A stretch of 64,000 nucleotides of DNA from assembly GCF_964213995.1 (NCBI RefSeq), contig NW_027590338.1:310001-374000 (forward strand). Direction: 5' to 3'. The notes under the pieces are model-generated. The model made no database searches, was not told the DNA's origin, and saw only the letters and a program-made list of their open reading frames with translations. Positions 49,086 to 61,302 of the stretch are shown piece after piece. Position 1 is the stretch's first letter; each line of letters starts with the position of its first letter. The position numbers and the translations under genes were made by a program. The stretch is from Mustelus asterias (taxonomy: Eukaryota).

Positions 49086-52000
49086 AATAATAAAATAAAG
49101 ATATGAGAGCATTCCATACACTTTAACTGATGCTTACTGTGTAAAATAAATCATGACTTATAACCCTCATTGAGAACGCCATTCATTGCGGCTATCACAA
49201 ATTACTTAATCAGCAAGTTTTTAAATAGGAGTAAAATAAATAAAATTTGAACATTTATTCCCAGTAATATAGCAAACTCACCAAGGATTATTTTATATTA
49301 ACATCATTAATCATTAATCGGCTTTCACAATTCTGCTGTGCTTTGAACATGATTAACATGGCCGGAAAAGTTTTTATTCTGCAAATGCTTTGTGATTGTG
49401 CCTGAAAGTATTTCATTGAAAACATGCTGATTCCACAGCAGCGCTCAGCATATCAATATATTTTTAATTAATCATTATATCCCAGATTAAGTTTGCATTC
49501 ACTTAAATAGGAGTTTTGCATTGCAGTTTGGCAATTTATGTATTCGGTTATTACATTATTTCATTGCAGGCGTAGCCACATTATTTCTCAAAGTAATAGG
49601 TAGTTGGATAAAGAGATAATTAATCACTACTCTAATCGTAAACAGCTTTCTGAGATGTGGAATGCGCTGTCAGTCAATTAATTGTTCATTTGATTATGTT
49701 TGATTTGTAGTAAGGTATCCAGAAACTGGCAAGAGATTGACAAGTAAATGCTTCAAATTAAACAGGTTAATTTATGTTACAAAAGGTTAATATTTGCTCT
49801 GCAATTAATAATGGCATCCTGTTTCCCATTACTGCTGCAGACAGGATATCATTATACGGATAACAAATGGCTGAAGAGAATAATTGATTCTATCTGAGCC
49901 TTATGTTTAATTCTTATTGAATATTAAATGAAGAACAAAATGTCGTCTTTTTTTGTTCATCATGTTTCAGTGTTGCAGAGGAGTTGAATAAATTGTGCTC
50001 ATTGTGTTTTGCACTGTTTAATTGGGATCTTCTTTAATTAAACAATATGATCAATAATTAAATTACAGGGAAGGCCTGAAGTATTAAATCTAGGAAGCAA
50101 TTTTATAGATCATAAACTGCCAGGCTGTTACAGTATATATTCGCACAGAAAAATTCAGTTTAACACTTTTGTAGGTTAAAAGAAAGCATTTAGAGTAAAA
50201 GTAAAATATTAAGATGCAATTAGATGTAAGTAGAAGTATTTTAGGTATCTGACTGTTTGCATCCAGTAATTTGAAGTTTATTGTTTAACATTATTTAAGA
50301 TTTAATTGACACTTAATTATTTAAAGTTCCAGACAAAAGCAGGATTTGAATCAGTGAAAGCTATTATTATTATAGAATACAAATCAGCCAACAGGAGTAC
50401 TAACTGACAATTAACAATAACCTAAAATATAAATATAATTAATTCAACATAAGTGAACTACTACAATATTTAATTGGATCAAAAATGAATTCAGACAACA
50501 ATGCATTTCTTTACTCAGCTCTGCTCCGCTCGATACAGTGTTTTGCCTCGATGATTTTGTTGCTTTCATTTAATTAAAGAATTCGATCAAATCACCGAAT
50601 AATTTTCAGTGTAAATGTTTGCTGGTTTGTTTAATTCTGTGACACAGCATTTCTGTTATGTAAAAAAAAAGTCTATCCTGAGTACATTTAATGTACTCAT
50701 TTTCATCGAAATTATATTTTTGCCCTGTTTTCGATATTTGAGGCAGACAGGGATACATTGCTGAAAGTTATAGGGTGTTTTGAAATTAATATCAGTTTAA
50801 TTTAAAAGAGGTTTTTGAATTGTTGTTGTTGTAGGTTGACCATTGTTCAATTAGAATAAATCAGTTTCAATGTGCTTCACAGATTGAACAAATCTATCTG
50901 CTGGGAACTCGATTGTTACACCGTTTGTTTCTGTTCTGTTTCTGTGCGCGTGGTTACCGTGTTGGGACCAATAATTTTTCTGACTGCTTGTAAATCTTCT
51001 GATTCCTTCTCCTGTATCTTCGGGGCGAAAGTTTGGCTTATTTCTGCAATCAACTTGTGCGGTGAGGAATGTGACAGTTTGACTTGATTTTTTTACTAGG
51101 CGTCTCAGAAATGAGATCCCTGACCCAGAATGTGACCGTCGGACAAAGCAGAAACGTCAGAAAGAGTGTGGAAGGAGATTTGTTTTTTTTTTAACCAGTG
51201 ATGTACCAACCTTGGGAATTTTCGATGAACAAATACAAAGGGAGATATAACCTATTGCACTCCGTATTATAGCAGACTCTTTCCAAATTAATAGGAGATT
51301 TAGACCGTCAATTCCGGTTGTGTCTTACTTTTAGTCCATGAATGGGATTTTAGAGTCGCTGGCTAGGGCAAAATTTGTTATCTGTCCCTAATTGTCATTT
51401 CAAAAAGTGCTGATATGAAGTATCCTTGAATAACTGCAGACCATGTGGTGTCGATATGCCTACAGTGCCATTCGGGATGAAGTTCCAGGATATTAACCCA
51501 GCGACTGTGAAGGAACGGCGATATTGTTTCACGTCAGGATGTTGTGTGTTTTGGAGGGGAGCTTGCAAGATGTAGTTTGGACAGTGTATTCTATGGAGTC
51601 TTGGTGATTTGCTGCAACGCATCATATGTGTGATACACCCTGCTGTCACTGCTTGTTGGTGATGGAGGAAGTGGATGGGGTGAATGTCGGGGTGGGAAAG
51701 TTTCCTGGGAAGCGACGACTTTCTTTAGATTTTCTCAACAGTCGCTCATTGTGGCAAGTGGAAATTATTCAATTATAGACCTGAATTGTGAATGGTTTAA
51801 ATGTTTCTCCAACCGTTAGCCCGCGTGCCATATTCAGTTCATTTACTAAACACCCACCCACCCCCACCCCACACACTATGAGAATTGCTGAGAGTGCGTG
51901 TGGAATGTGAGGGTGAAGATGATTATTAAGACTGAGAGACCCAGATAGAAAATTACACGTACCACACTCTCACACACATAAATACATACATCTGCACTCA

Positions 52001-53439
52001 TATATTATCTCTCGCTCTCTCTTGCTCTCTCGCTCACTCTCACTCTCTCTCTCACACACCCACAAACAAACAAACACACACATACATATTCATGCTCACG
52101 CTCTCTCTCAAGATTTCTGTCAAACCCATATGCATTCTATCTCTCACACGTCGCACACGCTTTCACACGCAGAAAAGCAGATATACTCTCGCTCTCCCAA
52201 GCAATGTCTCAAAAACACTCACGCACATTCTCACTTACACACAGAGACTCAATCCCACGCTCTCGCACACCACACTTTTCTCTCTCTCGTCCTCTTTCTC
52301 ACACACACTATCTTTCACATACCCTCTGCCACAAACTCACTCTGTCCAAATTCATTCACAATCTCACAATCCCTCTTGCACACAAACTCTCTCTCACACA
52401 TGCACATATTTCTCTCTTTCCCACACACTCTCTCTCTCTCAAATTATTTCACACATGTACATTCTTGATCTCAAAACCGGTCTCTCTCAAAGACTCAATC
52501 TCACAATATACATGCACACACTCTCCTACAAACACACTCTCTCTCATAGGCACAGTTTCACATCTCGCACATATATCCTCTCTCACAGCACCCACTCTCG
52601 CATGCACTATGTCTCTGACATACTATCTGCCAAAAATGTTCATTCTGTCTCACACTCATTCACGCACGCTCTGTCACAATCCGTCTTGCACACGCATTGT
52701 CTCTCTCTCTCACACACACCCACACATTTATCTTCCCCTTTCACACAATCATTCTCTGACACTCTCACACATGCCCATTCCTGCTCTCACACACTGTCTC
52801 TCTCAAAAGCACTCCCTTTCACACAAACACAGACACGTGCACACGCTCACACATACATTCTCTCTTACACGCAGGCACACTCTCTCACAAAAGCACAATC
52901 TCACACTCTCGCACACACATTGTCTCTCACACACGCTCACATGCACTGTCGCTGTCTCATACACTTTGTCACATATGCTCACTTTGTCTCACACACACTC
53001 TCTCCCATACAAACACTCTTCCACACCCATTTTCTCTGACAGGCACATATTTCACTATCTCTTTCACACTCACTCTCTCACACTATATCACACATGCGCA
53101 TAATTGATCTCAAATGTCTCTCACAAACACATACTCTCTTTCACACGTACATTCACTCACACACAGTCTCTCTGTGTCTCACACACGCACACACATGTGT
53201 AGTAAATGCATCTCTCTTAAAGACTCTACCTATCACAGACACAAAAGTTCTCTCGCTCTCGCAGGTCACACGTCACAAACACTCACACAGAAAGACATGC
53301 ATACTCTCGCTCTCCCAAGCAATCTCTCACACCTCCATACAGAAAAATACTCAAGCACATACTCCCGACCATTATCTTCCTCTGACACACTCGCACAGTC
53401 ACTCTGTCTCATTTGCACACTTATTCTCGCTCACATCCT

Positions 53440-55480
53440 GATACAAGGATATTATTAAACTGGAAAGAATACAGAAAATATTTACTAGGATGCGAGCGGG
53501 AATTGATGGTTTAAGTTACAAAGAGAGGCTGGATGGACTGGGACTTTTTTCCTGGAGCGTGGGCGGCTTGGGAGTGGTCTTATAGAGGTCTATGAAATAA
53601 TGAGGGGCATAGATGAGGTAGATAGTGAACATCTTTTCCCAAAGGTAGGAGAGTCTAAAACTAGGGGCAGAGGTTTAAGGTTCGAAGGGACCTAGTGCTG
53701 AACTTGCAGGGGCCCTGGCAGACATATTTAAAATGTCAGTATTCACGGGGGAGGTGCCGGATAATTGGAGGGTGGCTCATGTTGTTCCGTTGTTTAAAAA
53801 AGGTTCAATAAGAAATCCGGGAAATTATCGGCCAGTAAGTTTGACGTCGGTGGTGGGCAAGTTATTGGAAGGTGTGATAAGGGATAGGATCTACAAATAT
53901 TTGGATAGACAGGGACTTATTAGGGAGAGTCAACGTGGCTTTGTGCGTGGTAGGTCATGTTTGACCAATCTATTAGAGTTTTTCGAGGAGGTTACCAGGA
54001 AAGTGGATGAAGGGAAGGCGGTGGATGCTGTCTACCTGGATTTCAGCAAGGCCTTTGACAAGGTCCCTCATGGGAGGGTAGTTAGGAAGGTTCAGTCGCT
54101 AGGTATACATGGGGAGGTAGTAAATTGGATAAGACACTGGCTCAATGGAAGAAGCCAGAGAGTGGTTGTGGAGGATTGCTTCTCTGAGTGGAGGCCTGTG
54201 GCTAGTGGTGTGCCGCAGGGATCGGTGTTGGGTCCATTGTTGTTTGTCATCTATATCAATGATCTGGATGATAATGTGATAAATTGGATCAGCAAGTTTG
54301 CTGATGATACAAAGATTGGAGGTGTAGCGGACAGTGAGGAAGGTTTTCAAAGCTTGCAGAGGGATTTGGACCAACTAGAAAATTGGCCTGAAAAATGGCA
54401 AATGGAGTTTAACGCGGACAAGTGTGAGATATTGCACTTTGGAGGGACAAACCAAAGAAAAACGTACAGGGTAAATGGTAGGACTCTGAAGAGTGCAGTT
54501 GAACAGAGGGATCTGGGAATACAGGTACAGAATTCCCTAAAAGTGACGTCACAGGTGGATAGGGTCGTAAAGAGTGCCTTTGGTACATTGGCCTTTATAA
54601 ATCGGAGTATCGAGTATAAAAGTTGGAGTGTTATGGTAAGGTTATATAGGGCATTGGTGAGGCCGAATTTGGAGTACTGTGTACAGTTTTGGTCACCTAG
54701 TTACAGGAAGGATGTAAATAAGATTGAAAGAGTGCAGAGAAAGTTCACAAGGATGTTGCCAGGACTTGAGAAGCTGAGTTACAGAGAGAGATTGAATAGG
54801 TTGGGACTTTATTCCCTGGAGCGTAGAAGATTGAGGGGAGATTTGATGGAGGTGTATAAGGTTTTGATGGGTATAGATAGAGTGAATGCAAGCAGGCTTT
54901 TTCCGCTGAGGCTGGGGGAGAAAAAAACCAGAGGGCATGGGTTAAGGGTGAAAGGAGAAAAGTTTAAAGGGAATATTAGGGGGGGCTTCTTCACGCAGAG
55001 AGTGGTGGGAGTGTGGAATGAGCTGCCGGATAAAGTGGTAAATGCAGGGTCACTTTTAACATTTAAGAAAAACTTGGACGGGTTCATGGATGAGAGGGGT
55101 GTGGAGGGATATGGTCCAAGTGCAGGTCAGTGGGACTAGGCATAAAATGGTTCGGCACAGACAAGAAGGGCCAAAAGGCCTGTTTCTGAGCTGTAATTTT
55201 CTATGGTTCTATGGTTCTATGGGAGAAATACAAAAGAGTCCAGAGAGGCATTTTGTTTCACTCAGAGGGTGGTGAGCGTCTGGAACGCGTTGCCGGGGCA
55301 GTCGTAGAGACACACACAATTTTGTATTTTAAAAAGCATTTAGGTACAAGGGTAAAATGGCTTTAGAGAGATATACGCTAAATGCGGACAGTTGGGACTA
55401 ACTTAATGGCAAGAACTGGGCGGCATGGAGAAGCTGGGCCGAAGAGCCTGTTTCCATGCTGTAAATATCTATGACTCTAT
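53440..55480 (+). mobile_element. Older CR1 3' fragment hosting a nested CR1
   Basis: 53440-53690 continues at 55221-55480; compare the uninterrupted sibling at 55637-56435. Confidence 0.8.
53691..55220 (+). mobile_element. Young 5'-truncated CR1 LINE, 468-aa open RT fragment
   Basis: ORF 53733-55139 with full RT motifs; (TTCTATGG)n tail; GGGA duplicated at 53687-53690 and 55221-55224. Confidence 0.95.
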
Positions 55481-55636
55481 GACACGCACTCTCCCCTGGT
55501 CTACACACACACACACACACACACACACATTATCGGTCCATCTCACACACACACCCTCTCCCTCACACACACTCTATCCTGTCACAGACAGACACGCTGT
55601 CACACACACGTACAAACTCGGGTCTCACGCACACAT

Positions 55637-56435
55637 ATGATGCATTTTGGTGGATTGAACCAGGGCACGACTTATTCAGTTAATGGTAGCGCGTTGGGGC
55701 GAGTTACAGAACAAAGAGAGCTCGAGGTACATGTTCAGAGCTCCTTGAAAGTGGAGTCACAGGTGGACAGAGTGGTGAAGAAGGCATTCGGGATGCTTGG
55801 TTTCATTGGTCAGAACATTGAATACAGGAGTTGGAATGTCCTGTTGAAGTTGTACAAGACATTAGTAAGGCCACACTTGGAATACTGTGTGCAATTCTGG
55901 TCACCCTATTAAAGAAATGATATTATTAAACTAGAAAGAGTGCAGAAAAGGTTTAGCAGGATGCTACCGGGACTTGATGGATTGAGCTATAAGGAGAGGC
56001 TGGATGGACTGGGACTTTTTTCTCTGAAGCGTAGGAGGCTGAGGGGTGATCTTCTAGAAGTCTATAAAATAATGCGGGGCACAGATCAGCTAGATCGTCA
56101 ATATCTTTTCCCAACGGTAGGTGAGTCTAAAACTCGAGGGCATAGGTTTAAGATGAGACGGGAGAGATACAAAAGTGTCAGGAGGGGCTATTTTTTCACA
56201 CAGAGGGTGGTGAGTGTCTGGAACAAGCTGCCAGAGATAGTAGTAGAGGCGGGTACAATTTTGTCTTTTAAAAAGCATTCAGATAGTTACATGGGTACGA
56301 TGGCTATCGAGGGATATGGGACAAATGCGGGAAATTGGGATTAATTTAGGGTTAAAAACAAAAGGGCGGCATGGACAAATTGGGCCGAAGGGCCTGTTTC
56401 CATGCTGTAAACCTCGATGACTCTATGATTCCATG
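55637..56435 (+). mobile_element. 5'-truncated CR1 LINE
   Basis: ORFs 55637-55912 and 55940-56344; atgactct-type tail. Confidence 0.9.
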
Positions 56436-57101
56436 ACATGTGCCTCAGACATCCTCACACACACACCACTCACAAAGTTTCTCTCTTTCACGCACACACT
56501 CATACAGAAGAACTCTCTCTACCTCGTCTGTCTCTCTCTCTCTCTCGCAAACACACCCTATCTCACATATATTCTCACACGTTCTCTATCTGTCTCTCTC
56601 ATTCTGTCACCAATAATCTGCAACAAACTCACTGTCATGTGCAACTACATTATCTCTCTCTGTCACATACACACATTCTCTGTCTCTCATACACCCTTAG
56701 TCACACCCACTCTCTCCTCTTACACACAGACACCGTGTCTCACACATTTACAAACTTAGGATCTCACACACACATGTCTCTCACAGAAACACCACACAGA
56801 AAATCTCTCCCTCTCCCACTCACACAATAACACCCTATCTCATACACATTCTCTCACATGCTCAATCTCTCTCTCATTCTCATCCCAACATCTATCACAC
56901 ACTCACTGTCACGCGCAGGTAAATTAACTCTCTCTCTTTCACACACGGACTCTATCCTGAACACTCACACATACCGTGTTTTTTCTCTCTCACTGTATCT
57001 TAGACACACTCTCTCTCTCACACACGTATACTACATAACCAACACATATCTCTTTCTCATACACATAAAGCCACACTCGTATATACACATACACACACAC
57101 A

Positions 57102-57330
57102 GACGGGGGAAAGGCAGAGAGCCGGGGGAGAGAGCAGAGAGCTGGGCGAAAGGGCAAATAACCTGGGGAAAGGGCGAAGAGCCCGGGAAAGTGTAGACAG
57201 CTGGGGGGAAATGTTTAGAGCCGGGACAGAGGGCAGGGAGCTGGGGGAAAGGGCAAAGCACCCGGAGAAAGGGTAGAGACCCAGGGAAGAGGGTAGGGAG
57301 CTGGGACAGAGGGCAGAGAGCCGGGGATAA
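57102..57330 (+). repeat. G-rich 20-bp tandem repeat (~11.5 units, consensus GAGCTGGGGGAAAGGGCAGA), switch-region-like
   Basis: 20-bp period read directly; AGCT at 57140, 57199, 57239 and 57299; ends 260 bp 5' of Cmu1. Confidence 0.88.
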
Positions 57331-57589
57331 GTTCATAATTCTAGTCAAATCTTGACGTAGAAACTTAGAAAATCGAAGCAGGAGCCGGCTGTTCAGCCCT
57401 TTGAGCCTGTCTGCCATTCACTTTGACCATGGCTCATCAATATCCTGATCCCGCCGACCACCCATATCCCTTGATCTCATTAGCCCCAAGAGCAATATCT
57501 AATATAGAACCATATTTGTATAAACATGTTTGATTAATTAATAAAAGCAAATAAGAGTCTAACTTGTTCAATCGACTATTCATTCCCAG

Positions 57590-57889
57590 CGACACCATCT
57601 CCTCCGACTCTCTACAGCCTGGTCTCCTCCTGTCATCAACACAACTCCGACGGTTCCGTCACCTATGGCTGTTTGGCGATGGACTACTCTCCAGATGTCT
57701 CCAAACTGACCTGGAAGAAAAATGGGCTGCCGATCACCACTGGGTTTAAGACATACCCATCAGTGAGAAACACGAAGGGAACCTACACACTGAGCAGCCA
57801 GTTAACCATCACCGAGTCAGAGGGAGACTGCAGCAAAATTGACTGTGAGGTTCGACACAGCGGCTCAGACAAAAGCATTGGAATGCAAT
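57590..57889 (+). CDS. IGHM: IgM Cmu1 exon
   Basis: 300 nt, phase 1; [15 protein letters not shown]...[10 protein letters not shown]...TWKK...IDCEVRH; AG/GT intact. Confidence 0.96.
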
Positions 57890-58019
57890 GTAAGTGTGTG
57901 GAACCTGGGCAAGAGAGGGACGCTGTGATTGAACTATATCAGGCCTTAGTTATAACTGATTTGTAGCACTCTGAAAATTTTGAATTATGCAAATTATGAC
58001 TGAAAAGTTGCTGAGAACC

Positions 58020-58760
58020 AAAGACCAACAGAAATGTAACTGTGCAGAATGAGGCCATTTAGCCCATCATGTCTGGCCAAAAGGGAGAACAAATACACTA
58101 GCCAGACATTTTAAGCCTATTTTCCAGCCCTTGATCCGTAGCTTTGCAGGCGAAAGCATTTGAGATGGAGACCCAGATACCTTTTAAATGACCATGCTCC
58201 CTGGTAATTGAGCCTTCCACTTGGGGAGTGAAATTTTCAGCCTACATCCCTTATAATTTTGTGAACCACAATTACGTCACGCCTCAGCCTCTTCTTTTTC
58301 TGAGGAGAACAATCCCTGCCTGTCCAATCTCTCCTCATCGCTGCAATTCTCAGCCCCGGAAACATTCTTGTAAACCTCATCTCTCTCCAGAGTCATCACG
58401 TCATTCCTGCAATGTGGTGACCAGAACTGTACAGCAAACTCCAACCGTGGCCTAACTGGCATTTTATACAGCTCCATCATTGCATCCCTGTTTTGGAACT
58501 CAATATCTCACATAATGGAGGAACTAACCCACATGATTTTCTGATCAACTTGCAGCTGTCCTAGCATCTACAAGACCTGTGGAAATGCATTCCAAGGTCT
58601 CGCATTTCCACAATCCCTCTCAACCTTCCAGTTTATTGACTATCCCCTTGCTTTGTTTGACCTCCCCAAATGCATTGCGTGACACTTCTGACGGTTGAAT
58701 TCGATTCGCCAATTCCCTGCCCATTCAACCAAACCACGGATATCATTCTCAAGTCGGCAG
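58020..58760 (-). mobile_element. Old degenerate CR1 in the Cmu1-Cmu2 intron
   Basis: ORF 58277-58480 (RPRLEFAVQFWSPH). Confidence 0.75.
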
Positions 58761-58842
58761 CTCTCCTGCTAAAATATAAGAACTAATTTTAATTGTTATC
58801 AATTGATTCGGCAAGTAGCGTCTAAACATGTGTTTGTTTAAG

Positions 58843-59148
58843 GCGACATCCCCCCAACCGTTATCCTTACCGTGAGTTCCAGTGACGAAATCACAAGCAG
58901 GAAATTTGCAACCATCGTCTGTTCGATCATCGATTTCCAGCCAAAGTCTATGACGGTGAAGTGGCTGAAGAATGGCCAACACATGGATTCAGGAATTGTC
59001 ACCTCTTCCGCCTGTGAAGTGAATGGGAACTTCTCGGCGAGCAGTCGGCTGATAGTCTCCGCTCGGGAATGGTTCAGCAAAGCAGTCTATACCTGCCAGG
59101 TCACTCATCAAGGATTCACTCAGAGTCAGAACATCAGCGGATCTCTGG
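58843..59148 (+). CDS. IGHM: IgM Cmu2 exon
   Basis: 306 nt; [12 protein letters not shown]...[21 protein letters not shown]...YTCQVTH; AG/GT intact. Confidence 0.96.
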
Positions 59149-60064
59149 GTAAGAGACTCAAACCGAGGATAAAATATATCATTTCAATGTTAATCGAAAT
59201 TAGGGATCTATTAAAGTTAGTACAAAGATAGAACAACTTCGGATTTACTGTCATGTGGTTTGCTGCATTAGGACAGTGGCTCATTGAGAATTTCATCACA
59301 ACAGCAATTTTTGTTATTCCTTCATGAGATGTGTATTTATTTCCCATCCCAGAGGGCACTTAAGTGTCAACCACATTGCTGTGGACCTGGAGTCACATGC
59401 ATGCCAGGTCAGATAAAGACAGCAGATTTACTTTTCTAAAGGGCATTCGTGAACCAGGTGGGTTTTTACAACAATGGCTTCATGATGATCATTTGACTTT
59501 TAATCATAGATTTTTATTAAAGTCAAATTTCACCATCTGCAGTGGTGAGATTCGAATATGTGTCCCCAGAGTCATGCCCTAGGTTACAAGCCCATTGACA
59601 ACACCACCATGCCACCGACTCACCTGGAAATCGTGTTCACTTCCATTTTGAAGTAATATAGTGAGCGAGGTGGCCTTGATGTCAGCTTTTTCCTGAGACA
59701 GCTGGTAAGATTTGGAGAGACAGTCGGTGTCGGACTGTTTCACAGGTCACAGTATAGGGGTAAAATATTGGAAAGTACATCCACCCTACTGATAAGCCAA
59801 CGGTCAGTACTTTTTTCCTGAGTTCAGGATGGTGTATTTGTTTAGGAATGCTGCAATCCTGATTCATGAGAATGATACTGTTGCTAAAATACTTTAATAA
59901 AAAGAATAGTTTCACAGAGCAGGCTGGTTTTCCATCCTCCATCGAAGTTGAAAGGTGATAGTTAGACGTTGATATCTCGAAGGCGACTACGTCTCCTTCA
60001 GGCTGAAGACTGCTGTCCTGCTTCTGAAAGAGAACTAGGGTGGATTTTCATTTGTCATTCACAG

Positions 60065-60373
60065 GTCCTTCCCAGTGCCCTGATACCACAGTGACGATAC
60101 AGCCACCACCAATAGAACAGGTCTTAATGGAGGCTACCGTGACCTTAACCTGCATCGTTTCTAATGCTCCTTATGGAGTCAACGTGTCCTGGATCCGAGA
60201 CAGGAAGTATTTGAAATCAGAGATTGCCGAAAAGCCTGGAGCGGATCCTGACAGCGTGGTCAGCAACTTAAACATCTCGACACAAGCCTGGCTGAGTGCG
60301 GCTGTGTTTGACTGCGTGGTGAGCCATCAGGATCTGCCGACTCCGTTAAGAAAATCCATCCACAAGGAAACAG
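60065..60373 (+). CDS. IGHM: IgM Cmu3 exon
   Basis: 309 nt; [20 protein letters not shown]...VSW...[13 protein letters not shown]; AG/GT intact. Confidence 0.96.
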
Positions 60374-60868
60374 GTGAGCTGAGAGATTGAAGCAATAAAT
60401 GCGTCACTGTGTCTATTTCCAGTGTCAGTGGACTGGTCAATATTCAGTATTCAGTGCATTAATGGTGTCTCCTGATTGGAAACTCCACTAACTAAAGACT
60501 CTGGTCCTGCAGATATTTTTACGGGGAGATTTGATGTGTTGATGAATTAAAAGTGAACTGAAGGCGATGTTATTGGGTTTAGATCGAATAAGGAGGGAGG
60601 AGCCTGATGTGGAGCATGAAAACCAATAAAAAAGCAGATCAGTTGGGCCGAAGAGCCTGATTCAGTGCTGTAAACTTTCTGAAACTTTCCAGTCCAACCC
60701 GCTGAGTTATTTGAGAAAACAATTGTGTTCACCTCTCCTCCAAGCTGGAAGTCAAAAATAGAAACATTTAAAATCGAAAGCGAAGCACATTTTTCTGATA
60801 CCTAGCCAGCAGTTTCATTGTCTCCAGAATTCTCCAGTTTATTGACATTTATTGTACATTTTCTGCAG

Positions 60869-61260
60869 ATCCAAATCCGCGGGAACCGTTCGTCTCTGTC
60901 CTCTTGCCCTCGGCAGAAGAAGTCTCCGCTCAGAGATTCGTCTCCCTCAGCTGCTTAGTGAGACGTTTCTCCCCTCGAGAGATCTTCGTCAAGTGGACCG
61001 TCAACGACAAGCCGGTGAATCCTGGGAACTATAAGAACACCGAGGTGGTCGCGGAGAGCGGGAATAGCTCCTTCTTCATGTACAGCCTGTTATCCATTGC
61101 AGCAGAGGAATGGTCCAGCGGTGCTTCTTATTCCTGTGTGGTGGGACATGAAGCCATCCCCTTGAAGATCATCAACAGAACAGTTGACAAATCCAGCGGT
61201 AAACCCAGTTTTGTGAACATTTCCCTTGCACTGATGGACACCGTTAATTCATGTCAATGA
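60869..61260 (+). CDS. IGHM: IgM Cmu4 exon plus secretory tailpiece
   Basis: LSCLV...VKW...[11 protein letters not shown], tail [20 protein letters not shown] with an N-glycosylation sequon and penultimate Cys. Internal donor for the TM form agcg|gtaaa at 61198/61199. Confidence 0.97.
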
Positions 61261-61287
61261 GAATCACTCGGTTACATTAAAAACTTC

Positions 61288-61302
61288 AATAAAAAGAATA
61301 AA
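61288..61302 (+). terminator. Secretory-form polyadenylation signals
   Basis: AATAAA at 61288-61293 and 61297-61302. Confidence 0.8.

Larger units (their letters stand above)
51960..57100 (+). repeat. CA/CT-rich low-complexity tract interrupted by CR1 LINEs
   Basis: Degenerate (CA)n/(CT)n at 51960-53440, 55480-55636 and 56436-57100. Confidence 0.9.

Noticed and set aside
52022-53458. Long His/Thr/Leu/Ser-rich ORFs (up to 315 aa), also at 56433-57196 and 62342-63467
   Set aside because: Artefacts of CA/CT low-complexity DNA that is open in several frames.
53733-55139. 468-aa ORF as a host gene or autonomous element
   Set aside because: 5'-truncated CR1 ORF2 lacking the endonuclease and ORF1.
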